Assembly: GCA_014727915.1 (NCBI GenBank)
Contig: WJMO01000005.1
Location: 64,001-128,000, forward strand
DNA from: Candidatus Altiarchaeales archaeon
GTDB lineage: Archaea > Altiarchaeota > Altiarchaeia > IMC4 > SCGC-AAA252-I15
Direction: 5' to 3'
DNA length: 64,000 nt
Part shown: piece by piece, positions 51,899 to 61,289 of the stretch
How the letters are laid out: every line of letters begins with the position of its first letter
How positions within the stretch are numbered: the stretch's first letter is position 1
Notes under the pieces: generated by a model
What the model was told of the DNA's origin: nothing
What the model saw: only the letters and a program-made list of their open reading frames with translations
The model's database searches: none
Made by a program: the position numbers and the translations under genes

Positions 51899-51980
51899 GA
51901 TGTGTCGTTTTTAACGTTGCATACTTAATACATAGAGTATTTTTCATTTTTTGTTTGTCTTTTTTTTACGGTTGATATGA

Positions 51981-53585
51981 ATGGCAAGGAAGAAGGATGA
52001 GTCGGTCAAGGAGAGGTCTGCGGACGAGCTCTTCAAGGACTTCAAGGAAGTATCGATAACCGAATTCTTCAGGAAGAACAAGGCGCATCTCGGATACTCT
52101 GGCAAGCTCAGGTCCCTTACCACGGTCATCCACGAGCTGGTGACCAACTCGTTGGATGCCTGCGAGGAGGCTGGGATACTGCCTGACATAGAAGTCACGT
52201 TGAAGCAGATGGGCAGTGAGCACTACCGGTTCACATGCCGGGATAACGGCCCCGGGATACCTGAACAGCACATATCCAACGTTTTCGGGAAGATGCTGGC
52301 TGGGACTAAGTTCCATCGCAGCGTTCAGCTGAGGGGACAACAGGGCATCGGAGTCGCTGGTGTGACCTTGTTCAGCCAGATGACTACGGGCAAGCCCGTG
52401 CGAATAATAACGAGCACAGGCAACGGTAAGGTCCATGACATACAACTGATGGTTGATGTCACCAAGAACAGGGCTGACATATTAGAGGATAATGTGATCA
52501 GCCAGAAGTGGAGGGGCACTGAGATACAGGGGGAGCTCAAGGGCGTCCTGTTCAACCTTGGGGAGCGAAGCCCCTACGAGTACATACGGAGGAGCGCCAT
52601 AGCCAACCCCCATCTTAAGATAACTTTTGTCGACCCTGAAGGCAGGAAGAGCGTCTTCGACCGCACTAGCAAGGAGATACCCAAGCCTCCGAAGGAGATG
52701 AAACCCCACCCCAAGGGCATGGACACTGACGAGCTCATAAACAGGGCTAAACGGTCACAGTCCCGGAGGGTTAGCAGCTTCCTGGAGACCGAGTTCTCCA
52801 GGATAAGCAAGTCCAAGGCGGATGAGATACAGGGCATGGTGAACTTCGACTTGAAGAAGAATCCCCGGAAGATGGCATGGGCCGAGGCCGAGGAGATAAC
52901 AAAGGCCTTCGAGGAGATAGACTTCATGGCCCCGCCCGTCGAGGGGCTGAGGCCCATAGGCGAGGAACAGATAGACAAGGCAGTCTTGAAGATATTGAAG
53001 CCAGAGTTCTCGTCGGTTCTCACGAGGAGCCCAACGGTCTACGGCGGCGGAGTCCCCTTCCAGGTGGAGGTTGCCATCGCATACGGGGGGAACTCAGGGA
53101 GGGGCAACAGCGACGATGGCGGTAGAGCCGAGATAATGAGGTTCGCGAACCGAACCCCACTGTTGTTCGACACCGGTGCGTGCGCGATAAACCAGGCTGT
53201 GCAGAGCGTGGACTGGAAGCGCTATGACATACGCGACTTCGACAACAGCCCGGTCACAATATTCGTCAACCTGGTGTCGGTTCACGTGCCTTACACGTCC
53301 GCTGGAAAGCAGAGCGTCAGCTCAGAGGACGAGCTCGTGAAGGAGATCCGGATGGCGTTGATGGACGTCGGCCGCAGGTTCCACAGGTACCACAGCCGGA
53401 TGCGCCGCGAGATAGAGAAGGAGGCGCGGATGAACACGCTGATAAAGTACAGCTCGGAGCTGGCTGCCGCGGTGTCCAAGCTGGCCAGAAAAGACGAGGA
53501 AAAGCTCACAAAAAGCCTTCAAACCCTTATCACCAAGAAGCTGAAGATCGAGTATAAGGCGTTGGAGTCGGAGGATAAGAAATGA
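51981..53585 (+). CDS. top6B: DNA topoisomerase VI subunit B
   Basis: EFFRKN, ELVTNSLDA, DNGPG, RGQQGIG, RFANRTPL, VPYTSAGK. Confidence 0.96.
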   Translation: MARKKDESVKERSADELFKDFKEVSITEFFRKNKAHLGYSGKLRSLTTVIHELVTNSLDACEEAGILPDIEVTLKQMGSEHYRFTCRDNGPGIPEQHISNVFGKMLAGTKFHRSVQLRGQQGIGVAGVTLFSQMTTGKPVRIITSTGNGKVHDIQLMVDVTKNRADILEDNVISQKWRGTEIQGELKGVLFNLGERSPYEYIRRSAIANPHLKITFVDPEGRKSVFDRTSKEIPKPPKEMKPHPKGMDTDELINRAKRSQSRRVSSFLETEFSRISKSKADEIQGMVNFDLKKNPRKMAWAEAEEITKAFEEIDFMAPPVEGLRPIGEEQIDKAVLKILKPEFSSVLTRSPTVYGGGVPFQVEVAIAYGGNSGRGNSDDGGRAEIMRFANRTPLLFDTGACAINQAVQSVDWKRYDIRDFDNSPVTIFVNLVSVHVPYTSAGKQSVSSEDELVKEIRMALMDVGRRFHRYHSRMRREIEKEARMNTLIKYSSELAAAVSKLARKDEEKLTKSLQTLITKKLKIEYKALESEDKK

Positions 53586-54661
53586 CTGACAAGAAGGTGA
53601 TAGCCAAGCTGACGGACTTAGGGGAGAACATAGCGGCGCTGATCGAGAAGAACAAGGTGCCGAAGATACAGGTGCCGCAGAGGGGCTTGAGCAACATCAA
53701 GTTCGACAAGAAGACCAACCTGCTGAGGATGGGCAGCAAGACGTCCACGCGGAACTTCATGAACGTCGCCCACAGCAAGAAGTTCATGCAGACCCTGCTG
53801 ATCGCTTCGAAGTGCCAGGAGCTGGTGGCGAACGGCAAGACCGCCAGCATAAGGGAGTTGTACTACCAGCTGAAGCACACGATCGCGGGCACCAAGGAGA
53901 ACACTTTCGACGACCAGAGCGAATCAGACCCGTTGATAGTGGACTTGGAGACGATGCTGTCGGTGCTGAGAGAGGAGCTGCACCTCAAAGCGGACGACAA
54001 GGGCAAGCTGATAGGCAACATCACCATAGAGGACACGGGTGACGTCATAGACTGCAGCAAGCTTGGCAGGTCCGGCCTGGCAATCCCGAGCATCGTAGAG
54101 CACTACAAGTTCAGGGAGGTCAAGGCCGACTACGCCCTTGTGATAGAGACCGGCGCGATGTTCGACCGGCTGGTGGAGGAGAAATACCCCCAGAAGAACA
54201 ACTGCCTCATGATCGCGACCAGCGGACAGGCTGCCAGGGGCATCCGCCGTCTGGTAAACCGACTTGCGACCGAGGTCAAGATGCCGGTTATAATGTTCAC
54301 GGACGGCGACCCATGGGGTTACTACATATACTCCGTGATGAAGGCCGGCTCGATGGCGTTGGCCCATGAGAGCGAGAGGCTGGGCACTCCCTCCTGCAAG
54401 TTCGTGGGCATGACCATGAGCGACGTAGACGAGTACGGCCTGGAAAAGGTGACCGAAGGCCTCAAGGACGTTGACAAGAAGCGCATAAGCGAGCTGCTGC
54501 AGTATCCGTGGTTCCAGAAGAAGGAGTGGAGGCACCAGCTCAGGCTCATGGAGGAGAAGGGGGTTAGGATAGAGCAGCAGGCCCTTGCCTCGAAGTCCCT
54601 GGAGTTCGTGGCAGAAGAGTATCTCCCGGAGAAGATTAGCTCAGGGAACCTGCTTCCCTAG
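53582..54661 (+). CDS. top6A: DNA topoisomerase VI subunit A
   Basis: RELYY catalytic Tyr, QSESD, TOPRIM IETG and TDGDPWG, EQQAL. Confidence 0.96.
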   Translation: MTDKKVIAKLTDLGENIAALIEKNKVPKIQVPQRGLSNIKFDKKTNLLRMGSKTSTRNFMNVAHSKKFMQTLLIASKCQELVANGKTASIRELYYQLKHTIAGTKENTFDDQSESDPLIVDLETMLSVLREELHLKADDKGKLIGNITIEDTGDVIDCSKLGRSGLAIPSIVEHYKFREVKADYALVIETGAMFDRLVEEKYPQKNNCLMIATSGQAARGIRRLVNRLATEVKMPVIMFTDGDPWGYYIYSVMKAGSMALAHESERLGTPSCKFVGMTMSDVDEYGLEKVTEGLKDVDKKRISELLQYPWFQKKEWRHQLRLMEEKGVRIEQQALASKSLEFVAEEYLPEKISSGNLLP

Positions 54662-54664
54662 AAG

Positions 54665-55657
54665 ATGGATGAAGAAGAGGAGTTCAACCCAGAAGAAGAC
54701 GGCGAAGTGAGAAAGGAACACCTCCTAGCATTGATAATACAAGTATCCGAGATCAGCGACTACGCTGCCGCTCAGAAGATGGACCTGCCCCTTGAGCTGG
54801 TCCGCAAGTGGATGGACGAGCTCAGCGCGGACGGCCTAATCGAGATAGACGAGGTTTTCTCAGACAAGTTCGCCAAGATATCTCCCGAAGGGCTGAAGAA
54901 GGCGAAGGAGGCCAAGGAAGAGTGGATAAGACGCCAGGAAGAGGAGGAAAAGCCCCCCGAGAAGCCCAAGCAGGACCCCAAGAAGGTGGTGGAGGAGCTT
55001 CAGCCCAAGATAAAGGACCTGGCCAAGGATACAGTGTCCACGACCAAGCGGAACTGGGCTGACCTAATGTTCCTCCTCGCGCTGTTGCTGTCCCTGTTCA
55101 TGCTGAAGCTCTTCATAGACAACCCCTCCATGGAGGTTCTGAGCTTCTTCTTGTTCGCTCTGATGATGTCAGTGGTCTTCGTCTTCTACAGCCAGTACCA
55201 GAGGCAGATGAAGACGCGCAAAGTGATAGGCTTCGCCCAGTGGATGATAGAGTGGGTGGAGAAGAGGAAGAACTACGTTGCCTCCGTCATAACCGCCATA
55301 TTCCTGATATACATAGCTATAATGCTGTTCATATACCCCGAGCATAAGGCCATACTGTTCCTGCTAGCGGTCATCGTCGCATCCACTGGGATGGTCATAT
55401 TCTACCCTAAGAAAGAACCCCGGGAAATACTGGCTTTCTATGGGGGTGTCGCCCTTCTGACGTTGGGTCTTATGCTGGTGATGGACTGGCTGAGTCCGAC
55501 CCAATTCTTCTTCGGGAGCAGGGTCAGGATGCTCGACTTCGGCGTCGGCGTGGGCTTGCTTCTCATAGTCCACTTGAACGAGGACATATTCGAGATAAGG
55601 AAGAAGCTCACCTGGGTGGGTGATGCGATCACGAGAGAGCGTCAAAGATCTCTTTAG
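54665..55657 (+). CDS. Hypothetical membrane protein with N-terminal wHTH-like domain
   Basis: AAQKMDLPLELVRKWMDELSADGLIE then about six TM helices. Confidence 0.65.
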   Translation: MDEEEEFNPEEDGEVRKEHLLALIIQVSEISDYAAAQKMDLPLELVRKWMDELSADGLIEIDEVFSDKFAKISPEGLKKAKEAKEEWIRRQEEEEKPPEKPKQDPKKVVEELQPKIKDLAKDTVSTTKRNWADLMFLLALLLSLFMLKLFIDNPSMEVLSFFLFALMMSVVFVFYSQYQRQMKTRKVIGFAQWMIEWVEKRKNYVASVITAIFLIYIAIMLFIYPEHKAILFLLAVIVASTGMVIFYPKKEPREILAFYGGVALLTLGLMLVMDWLSPTQFFFGSRVRMLDFGVGVGLLLIVHLNEDIFEIRKKLTWVGDAITRERQRSL

Positions 55658-56243
55658 CCACTTCCCTTTTCTTGGCGCGTTTTATGTGCTTCACACTCTC
55701 GCCTACCATGTAGACTTCAGTCTCGTCCGATCCGAAGACGTCGTTGCTGACGTCGTTCACCACCACAAGGTCGGAGGTGTCCAGGAGCTTCCTGCCGGCT
55801 TCTATGAGCTCGTCCTCCCTCTTCCTGTATTCGGCCTTGAAAGCGACTATCTTCAGATCCGGATTCCTCTCACGTGCATCGCGGATCAGCTTCCTGGTGG
55901 GCTTTAACTTCAACGTTATGTCCTTCCCCGATCTGATCTTGCCGTCCACCTTCTCCACGGGCGTGTAGTCCGCGAGCGCCGCGGTGGAAACCAGCATATC
56001 ATAACCCTTGTCCAGCTCTGCAAGGGTCTTTTCCGTCATCTCCGCCGATGACACCACTGGTATCACCTTGACGCCGTAGATGGGCTGAAGTGACGTGGGC
56101 CCTAAGACTATGGCGACCTCAAAACCCCTCTTAACGGCCTCTTCAGCCAGTGCGATGCCGGTGGCGCCGCTGCTGGGGTTGGATATGAACCTTATGTCGT
56201 CTATGTGCTCCCTCGTGGGTCCGGCGGTTATCAGGACTTTCAT
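55629..56243 (-). CDS. coaB: Phosphopantothenate-cysteine ligase (stand-alone CoaB domain)
   Basis: VLITAGPTREHIDDIRFISNPSSG, AALADY, VAFKAE, VVVND. Confidence 0.9.
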   Translation of the reverse strand: MKVLITAGPTREHIDDIRFISNPSSGATGIALAEEAVKRGFEVAIVLGPTSLQPIYGVKVIPVVSSAEMTEKTLAELDKGYDMLVSTAALADYTPVEKVDGKIRSGKDITLKLKPTRKLIRDARERNPDLKIVAFKAEYRKREDELIEAGRKLLDTSDLVVVNDVSNDVFGSDETEVYMVGESVKHIKRAKKREVAKEIFDALS

Positions 56244-56287
56244 TCCAGTCTTTATTGTGAATATTAAATATAATATGGTAAATTGTA

Positions 56288-56491
56288 GTGTGCAATATGG
56301 TCTTGAAGGAGCGTGTAGCAGGATTCGATGTCGGGAAGAAATGCCCTAAGAGCATGTTGAACGGGCCTTGCGGTGGCGTAAACAATGGCATGTGCGAGGT
56401 TGAAGGCCAGTGCGTGTGGGTTCGGGTCTACGCAAAGCTCAAGTCAGAGGATAACCTGGACGAGTTCACAAAGGTGAGGTTGCCAAGGTAG
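56288..56491 (+). CDS. metV: MetV-like (MTHFR C-terminal Zn-binding) small protein
   Basis: CPKSMLNGPCGG...CE....CVW directly upstream of metF. Confidence 0.75.
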   Translation: MCNMVLKERVAGFDVGKKCPKSMLNGPCGGVNNGMCEVEGQCVWVRVYAKLKSEDNLDEFTKVRLPR

Positions 56492-56497
56492 CATACC

Positions 56498-57382
56498 ATG
56501 AGCGGGCTTTCAGAATCTCTGGGGAAGGGTTTCACAGTGACGACAGAGGTCAAGCCGCCCAGGGGACCGGATACCACAGGGTTCGAGGGGGAGATAGGCA
56601 TGCTAAAGTCTTTGAAGGGCTTGACTGCCGTAAACCTAGTGGACAGCCCCAGCGCCAGGCTTTTCATGAGCTCTCTAGGAGCCAGCATCATGCTCAAGCA
56701 GGCGGGTTTGGAGCCCATCTTCCAGATGGTATGCCGTGACCGGAACATATTGGCGTTGGAGTCCGACCTCATAAGCGCCTCCGCATTCGGGATAGAGAAC
56801 ATACTCGCGTTGACCGGAGACCACCCCAGCAGGGGCGCGAGCGACCACCCGGATGCAAAGCCTGTCTACGACCTGGATTCGACGTCTCTGATAAGGACCA
56901 TATCGTTGATGAACGAGGGCCGGGACATAACTGGGAAGGAGCTTAAGGGAAGCACTGAATTCTATGTGGGTGGTGCCATATCCCCTGGTGTGAATCCCGT
57001 GGAGCCGGAGGTCCTGAAGGTCAAGAGGAAGATGGAAGCGGGCGCTAGATTCTTCCAGACACAGGTAGTCTTCGACCTAGGCGTTGTCGAGGACTTCATG
57101 GAGAAAGCCGATGAAATGGTCGGTGACATACGGGGCAGGGTTTTGGTTGGGATAATACCCCTGGCGTCTGAGCGGATGATAGACTTCCTGAACAGGCTGC
57201 CCGGCATACTCGTGCCCGAAGATGTGGCGTCCAGGGTGGTCAAGGCGGACGACCCTGTCGCAGAAGGTGTTAGCGTCGCGTTGGAGCTCATCGATGGCGT
57301 GAGGTCTGCTGGGATGGCCGGAGCCCACATTATGCCCGTCGGCCGTCTGAACTCTCTCGAGCGCATACTGGCGGACATCTAA
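56498..57382 (+). CDS. metF: Methylenetetrahydrofolate reductase
   Basis: TEVKPPRG, CRDRN, ALTGD, AGARFFQTQ, GAHIM. Confidence 0.92.
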   Translation: MSGLSESLGKGFTVTTEVKPPRGPDTTGFEGEIGMLKSLKGLTAVNLVDSPSARLFMSSLGASIMLKQAGLEPIFQMVCRDRNILALESDLISASAFGIENILALTGDHPSRGASDHPDAKPVYDLDSTSLIRTISLMNEGRDITGKELKGSTEFYVGGAISPGVNPVEPEVLKVKRKMEAGARFFQTQVVFDLGVVEDFMEKADEMVGDIRGRVLVGIIPLASERMIDFLNRLPGILVPEDVASRVVKADDPVAEGVSVALELIDGVRSAGMAGAHIMPVGRLNSLERILADI

Positions 57383-57636
57383 TCGTCTACCTTGTACACT
57401 GAGTCGTGGGGTCTCACACGGTCCAGCACCTTTATCCCTATGCTGTCCCCTGCATTGGCCTCCTCCACGGTCTCCTTCTCCACCTGCATTGAATCGACGG
57501 TCTGGGTGAAGTCTGTCGTGTGCCCGATAATGTGTATCCTGTCCCCTACTTTCAGGCTGCCGTCGACTATCCGGACGGCTGCGACGGAAGGCTTGGCGAA
57601 GAACTGGAAGACCTCCCCCACCTTGGTCTCTGGCAT
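57379..57636 (-). CDS. Small EF-Tu domain II-like beta-barrel protein
   Basis: VGEVFQFF, LKVGDRIHIIG, VDSMQV, AGDSIGIKV. Confidence 0.8.
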   Translation of the reverse strand: MPETKVGEVFQFFAKPSVAAVRIVDGSLKVGDRIHIIGHTTDFTQTVDSMQVEKETVEEANAGDSIGIKVLDRVRPHDSVYKVDD

Positions 57637-57757
57637 TTGGCATCACCCTGATTAACTATTCCATGAACCCAATAAAAATCGGAATTATTTCAAAAAAATA
57701 CTGAATGTTTTTATACTTTCAATACAAATAGTAGTCAGTGCATGAGGTGGTTGGCTC

Positions 57758-58951
57758 TTGTGCAAGATGAAGTTGGATTTCACACCTGTGTATGTCGCTT
57801 TTGGGTTGAGCCTGGCCACCTACCTAGTCCTTAAGCTGAAGAAGGTCAAGCCTGACGTGAAATTCAACGATGTCAGATTCAACAAGCTGAGGAACGAGAT
57901 CGAGCTCGTCGTCGAGAACATAAGCGACAAGACCCTCTACGTTAAGCCCTCCTTGAGGCTGGTCCGGCTCACGCCCGCTAGCGAATGGAGGGAGAGGACG
58001 TCCAACGGCAACACGCCGGTTCCCATGATGACCGCATCTGCTGGTAGCGTTATAAAGGGCTATGAGCTTATTGGAGAGTATGCTGAGGCGGTTCCCGTGG
58101 AGGCTAAGACTACTATGGTCATAAAATACCCGGTTATGCGGGATTTCGGGCTTAGAGCCTATGATAACATAAAAGTCGACTCTGAGGTTGGTAAGACGCC
58201 CGAGAAGCTGGATGGTTCGGTCACGGGCACGGTCCAGATGAACCTCAGCGACCTTCTATCCGAGGACTTCTGCGATGAGCTCTTGGATGTCTTGGACGAT
58301 TACCTGGGTGCGTCGGAGACTCAGGAAGCCGCATGCGATCTGACTGTGTCGGGGGCTCAGGACCTTGTATTGGATGGTGGGGTCGAGGAGCATCCCGTAG
58401 TCAAGGACGACTCTGACGGGGGGATATTCTTCGATTTCCGGAAGAGCGACTTCCCGGTCCAGGCCATGTGCTACTGCTGTGGTAAGGACAAGTGGCTCAA
58501 CTGGGTAGTCGACGGCAATCACGTATGCGATGACTGCAAGGACTTCCTCTCAGAGGGCGATAAGCCTTCGGGGGCGACTTTCACGGAGGCTTCCCAGAGT
58601 TCCAGCTCCAACGTCACCGACCTTAAGGATGACATGCTTTTTTCGGGGGAGTTCGAGCCTTCAGAGTACGGTGTTGGGATGCTGGACTCCAACACCATCG
58701 AGTTGAAGCCCAGGCACAGGAGGATATTGGACATACTATACGAGGAGAACACACTCTCGGCGAAGGAGCTCGCCAAGAGGCTGGAGCGGAATGAGAAGCC
58801 GGTCTCCACAGACCTGAGATTCCTTTTGAAGAACAACCTCGTTGACAGGGTCAAGATAGGGGGCAAATACAAGTACTTCAGCCTCCGGGACGAGGAGCAG
58901 GTCATCATCTACGACCCAGGCGAGGAATCCGACAACCCAACGTGGACTTAA
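57758..58951 (+). CDS. Hypothetical membrane-anchored protein with Zn-finger and C-terminal wHTH
   Basis: N-terminal TM, CYCC...CDDC, RRILDILYEENTLSAKELAKRL...VSTDLRFLLKNNLV. Confidence 0.7.
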   Translation: MCKMKLDFTPVYVAFGLSLATYLVLKLKKVKPDVKFNDVRFNKLRNEIELVVENISDKTLYVKPSLRLVRLTPASEWRERTSNGNTPVPMMTASAGSVIKGYELIGEYAEAVPVEAKTTMVIKYPVMRDFGLRAYDNIKVDSEVGKTPEKLDGSVTGTVQMNLSDLLSEDFCDELLDVLDDYLGASETQEAACDLTVSGAQDLVLDGGVEEHPVVKDDSDGGIFFDFRKSDFPVQAMCYCCGKDKWLNWVVDGNHVCDDCKDFLSEGDKPSGATFTEASQSSSSNVTDLKDDMLFSGEFEPSEYGVGMLDSNTIELKPRHRRILDILYEENTLSAKELAKRLERNEKPVSTDLRFLLKNNLVDRVKIGGKYKYFSLRDEEQVIIYDPGEESDNPTWT

Positions 58952-58976
58952 CGCCGCCCGTCCGAGTTAAAAAATC

Positions 58977-59210
58977 CTAGATCAGTTTCCTGACGAGGCT
59001 CAGTCCTTTCCCGACGAACCCCCGCATACGTTTTCCAACGCCGAGCCCCCGGCCTATGAACTTTATGGTTATCCTGTTGACCTTCGGAGGCTTTAGCATG
59101 TCGTCTATCTTGCTGTCCAGTTCCTTCTTCTGGAGGCGTATGATGTCCTTGAGTATCCTGTCCTTTATGGATTCGACCTTTCTCTGGACCTGTCCGACGA
59201 CGCCTATCAT
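58977..59210 (-). CDS. Small basic hypothetical protein
   Basis: ATG at 59210 overlaps the gamma-CA stop (ATGA); MIGVVGQVQRKVESIK. Confidence 0.5.
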   Translation of the reverse strand: MIGVVGQVQRKVESIKDRILKDIIRLQKKELDSKIDDMLKPPKVNRITIKFIGRGLGVGKRMRGFVGKGLSLVRKLI

Positions 59211-59677
59211 CTTGAATTTGCCGCTAGGGCCTTGTAGTCCAGGGCGTTCTGCTTTATGCTCTCTATCTCCTCCGCCCCCAGCTGCCTCTTCACAACGGCG
59301 GGGTTGCCGACAGCAAGGGAACCTGCGGGTATGATCGTGTTCTCCGTCACGACCGAAGCGGCCATCACAACGGAGTTCGCCCCTATCTTGCAACCGTTCA
59401 TCAGTATTGTGCCCATACCTATCAGAGTGTTATCCCCGATCTCGGCTCCGTGCACTTTTGCTCCGTGGCCTATCGTGACGTAATCCCCTATCCTGACAGG
59501 AAAATGCTCCGGGCTGTGTATGACGCAGCAGTCCTGGATGTTCGTGCATTTCCCCACGATTATCCTGTTCCTGTCACCCCTCAAAACCGCGTTATACCAG
59601 ACACTAGAGTGCGCGTCAAGGGCGACCTTTCCTATCACCCTGGCTCCCTCCGCTATGAAGACCGTCTCATCGATCAA
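59207..59677 (-). CDS. Gamma-carbonic-anhydrase-family hexapeptide-repeat protein
   Basis: SVWYNAVLRGD, TNIQD, three Zn-binding His (VIH, IGH, VHG). Confidence 0.9.
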   Translation of the reverse strand: MIDETVFIAEGARVIGKVALDAHSSVWYNAVLRGDRNRIIVGKCTNIQDCCVIHSPEHFPVRIGDYVTIGHGAKVHGAEIGDNTLIGMGTILMNGCKIGANSVVMAASVVTENTIIPAGSLAVGNPAVVKRQLGAEEIESIKQNALDYKALAANSR

Positions 59678-59683
59678 CTCGGA

Positions 59684-60097
59684 TCACCTGCTGGACACGG
59701 GCCTCCCGTTGCCGTCCAAGACGAGTGGCACCACGATTATCGTCAGCCTTGGAAGGCCCTTCTTGAACCTTATGGTGTTTATCTCCTCCGCCCTAAGCAG
59801 AGTCTCATCGCTCACTACTATGCAGTCGACGCCGGGGTCGATGGTGGCTATGCCGTAGCTGTCGTTTATCTCGACCACGTCATACGGCTTTCCATAGTCT
59901 TTGACGAGGTCTTCCAGGGCTCTGCTGCGCTCGCTGTATGGCGACACGTCACGTGTCCTGAAACGACGCGCGAAATCGTCGCTTGTCAAACCTAAAACCA
60001 CGGATTCTGCGTTTTCAAAGGCTGTGCTCACTATCTTCCGGTGGCCTTCGTGCAGGCCGTCAAACGTCCCCCCAACCACGATCCTCTTGAACATCAC
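59684..60097 (-). CDS. coaD: Phosphopantetheine adenylyltransferase (archaeal type)
   Basis: VGGTFDGLHEGH, GLTSD, IVVSDET, VSS. Confidence 0.9.
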   Translation of the reverse strand: MMFKRIVVGGTFDGLHEGHRKIVSTAFENAESVVLGLTSDDFARRFRTRDVSPYSERSRALEDLVKDYGKPYDVVEINDSYGIATIDPGVDCIVVSDETLLRAEEINTIRFKKGLPRLTIIVVPLVLDGNGRPVSSR

Positions 60098-60170
60098 ATA
60101 ATCAATATGAGCCCTTGTATAAGAGCTGAGCGGGTGTTTTTTTAAAGCTCACAGCCTATATATTTGGACT

Positions 60171-61289
60171 ATGTTAGATGGCATGTACGCTGCTTTAACC
60201 GATAGGATAGGATATCGCAAGCTCATATTCGTCCCTCCCATAGTGGCTGTCATACTATTGGCCTTCGTTTTAGCCAACGGTTTGGAGTATGGTATCGACT
60301 TCAAGGGCGGCACTTGGATGGATGTCCTCACAGAGAAAAACATTGACTCCGGGGATTTGAGCCAGTTGGAATCCGACCTGCAGGCTGCAGGCTTCTCGGA
60401 CGTCAAAGCCCACGTGGGATTCGACGTTGACACCGGATTGAACAAGCTCACAGTCCAGACGACCACGGTCATAGATGACAAGGAGGCTGTGGAAGGCATT
60501 ATATCATCCTATGTGGGGGAACTTACAGAATACGATACCGCCTCTGCTCCAGTGGCTGAGAAGCCTCCGGTCGAGCTGGAGGAAAAGCTTGTTAAGAGGC
60601 TTAAGCATGGCGTGGACCTGGATTATGCGGAGGGCACATTAACTGTTGTGGGCCTGGATCTGAGCAAGGAAGACCTGGACAGCGCACTCACATACTACCT
60701 GCAACAGGACATTGACGTGGACTTGACGAAGAAGAACTTCAACCTCCGCTCCGTCGGCCCCACCCTCGGGAAGACGTTCAGGGAGCAGGGCTTCAAGGCA
60801 TTGGGCGTTGCACTCCTTCTGATGGGAGTCGTCGTATTCCTGGCGTTCAAAGACCTCATACCCTCTATCGCGGTCATACAGGCTGCCGTATGCGACGTCC
60901 TTATAGCGGTTGGGGGCATGAGCCTATTGGGCATACCAATGGAGCCAGCTTCGCTGGCTGCGTTGCTGATGCTTATCGGATATTCGGTGGACACTGACAT
61001 AATGCTGACTGCTCGGACGCTGAAGGACAGGTCGGTCGGCATCGTCGACCGGATGGACGACGCCATGAAGACCGGGCTCACGATGACCGGAACGACATTG
61101 TCTGTCATGGTGATAGTCTACATAATATCCAACACGCTAACCCAGATCACCACCCTCAGCAGCATAGCGGCGGTGCTCATAATCGGATTGTTGGCCGACA
61201 TATCAACCACATGGTTCACCAACGCGGGCATACTGCGCTGGTACCTTGAGGTCCCAGGCCGTAAGGTGAGGTTGTTCAGGCGAAGATGA
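60171..61289 (+). CDS. secF: Protein translocase subunit SecF
   Basis: GIDFKGG, VGPTLG, LMLIGYSVDTDI. Confidence 0.92.
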   Translation: MLDGMYAALTDRIGYRKLIFVPPIVAVILLAFVLANGLEYGIDFKGGTWMDVLTEKNIDSGDLSQLESDLQAAGFSDVKAHVGFDVDTGLNKLTVQTTTVIDDKEAVEGIISSYVGELTEYDTASAPVAEKPPVELEEKLVKRLKHGVDLDYAEGTLTVVGLDLSKEDLDSALTYYLQQDIDVDLTKKNFNLRSVGPTLGKTFREQGFKALGVALLLMGVVVFLAFKDLIPSIAVIQAAVCDVLIAVGGMSLLGIPMEPASLAALLMLIGYSVDTDIMLTARTLKDRSVGIVDRMDDAMKTGLTMTGTTLSVMVIVYIISNTLTQITTLSSIAAVLIIGLLADISTTWFTNAGILRWYLEVPGRKVRLFRRR

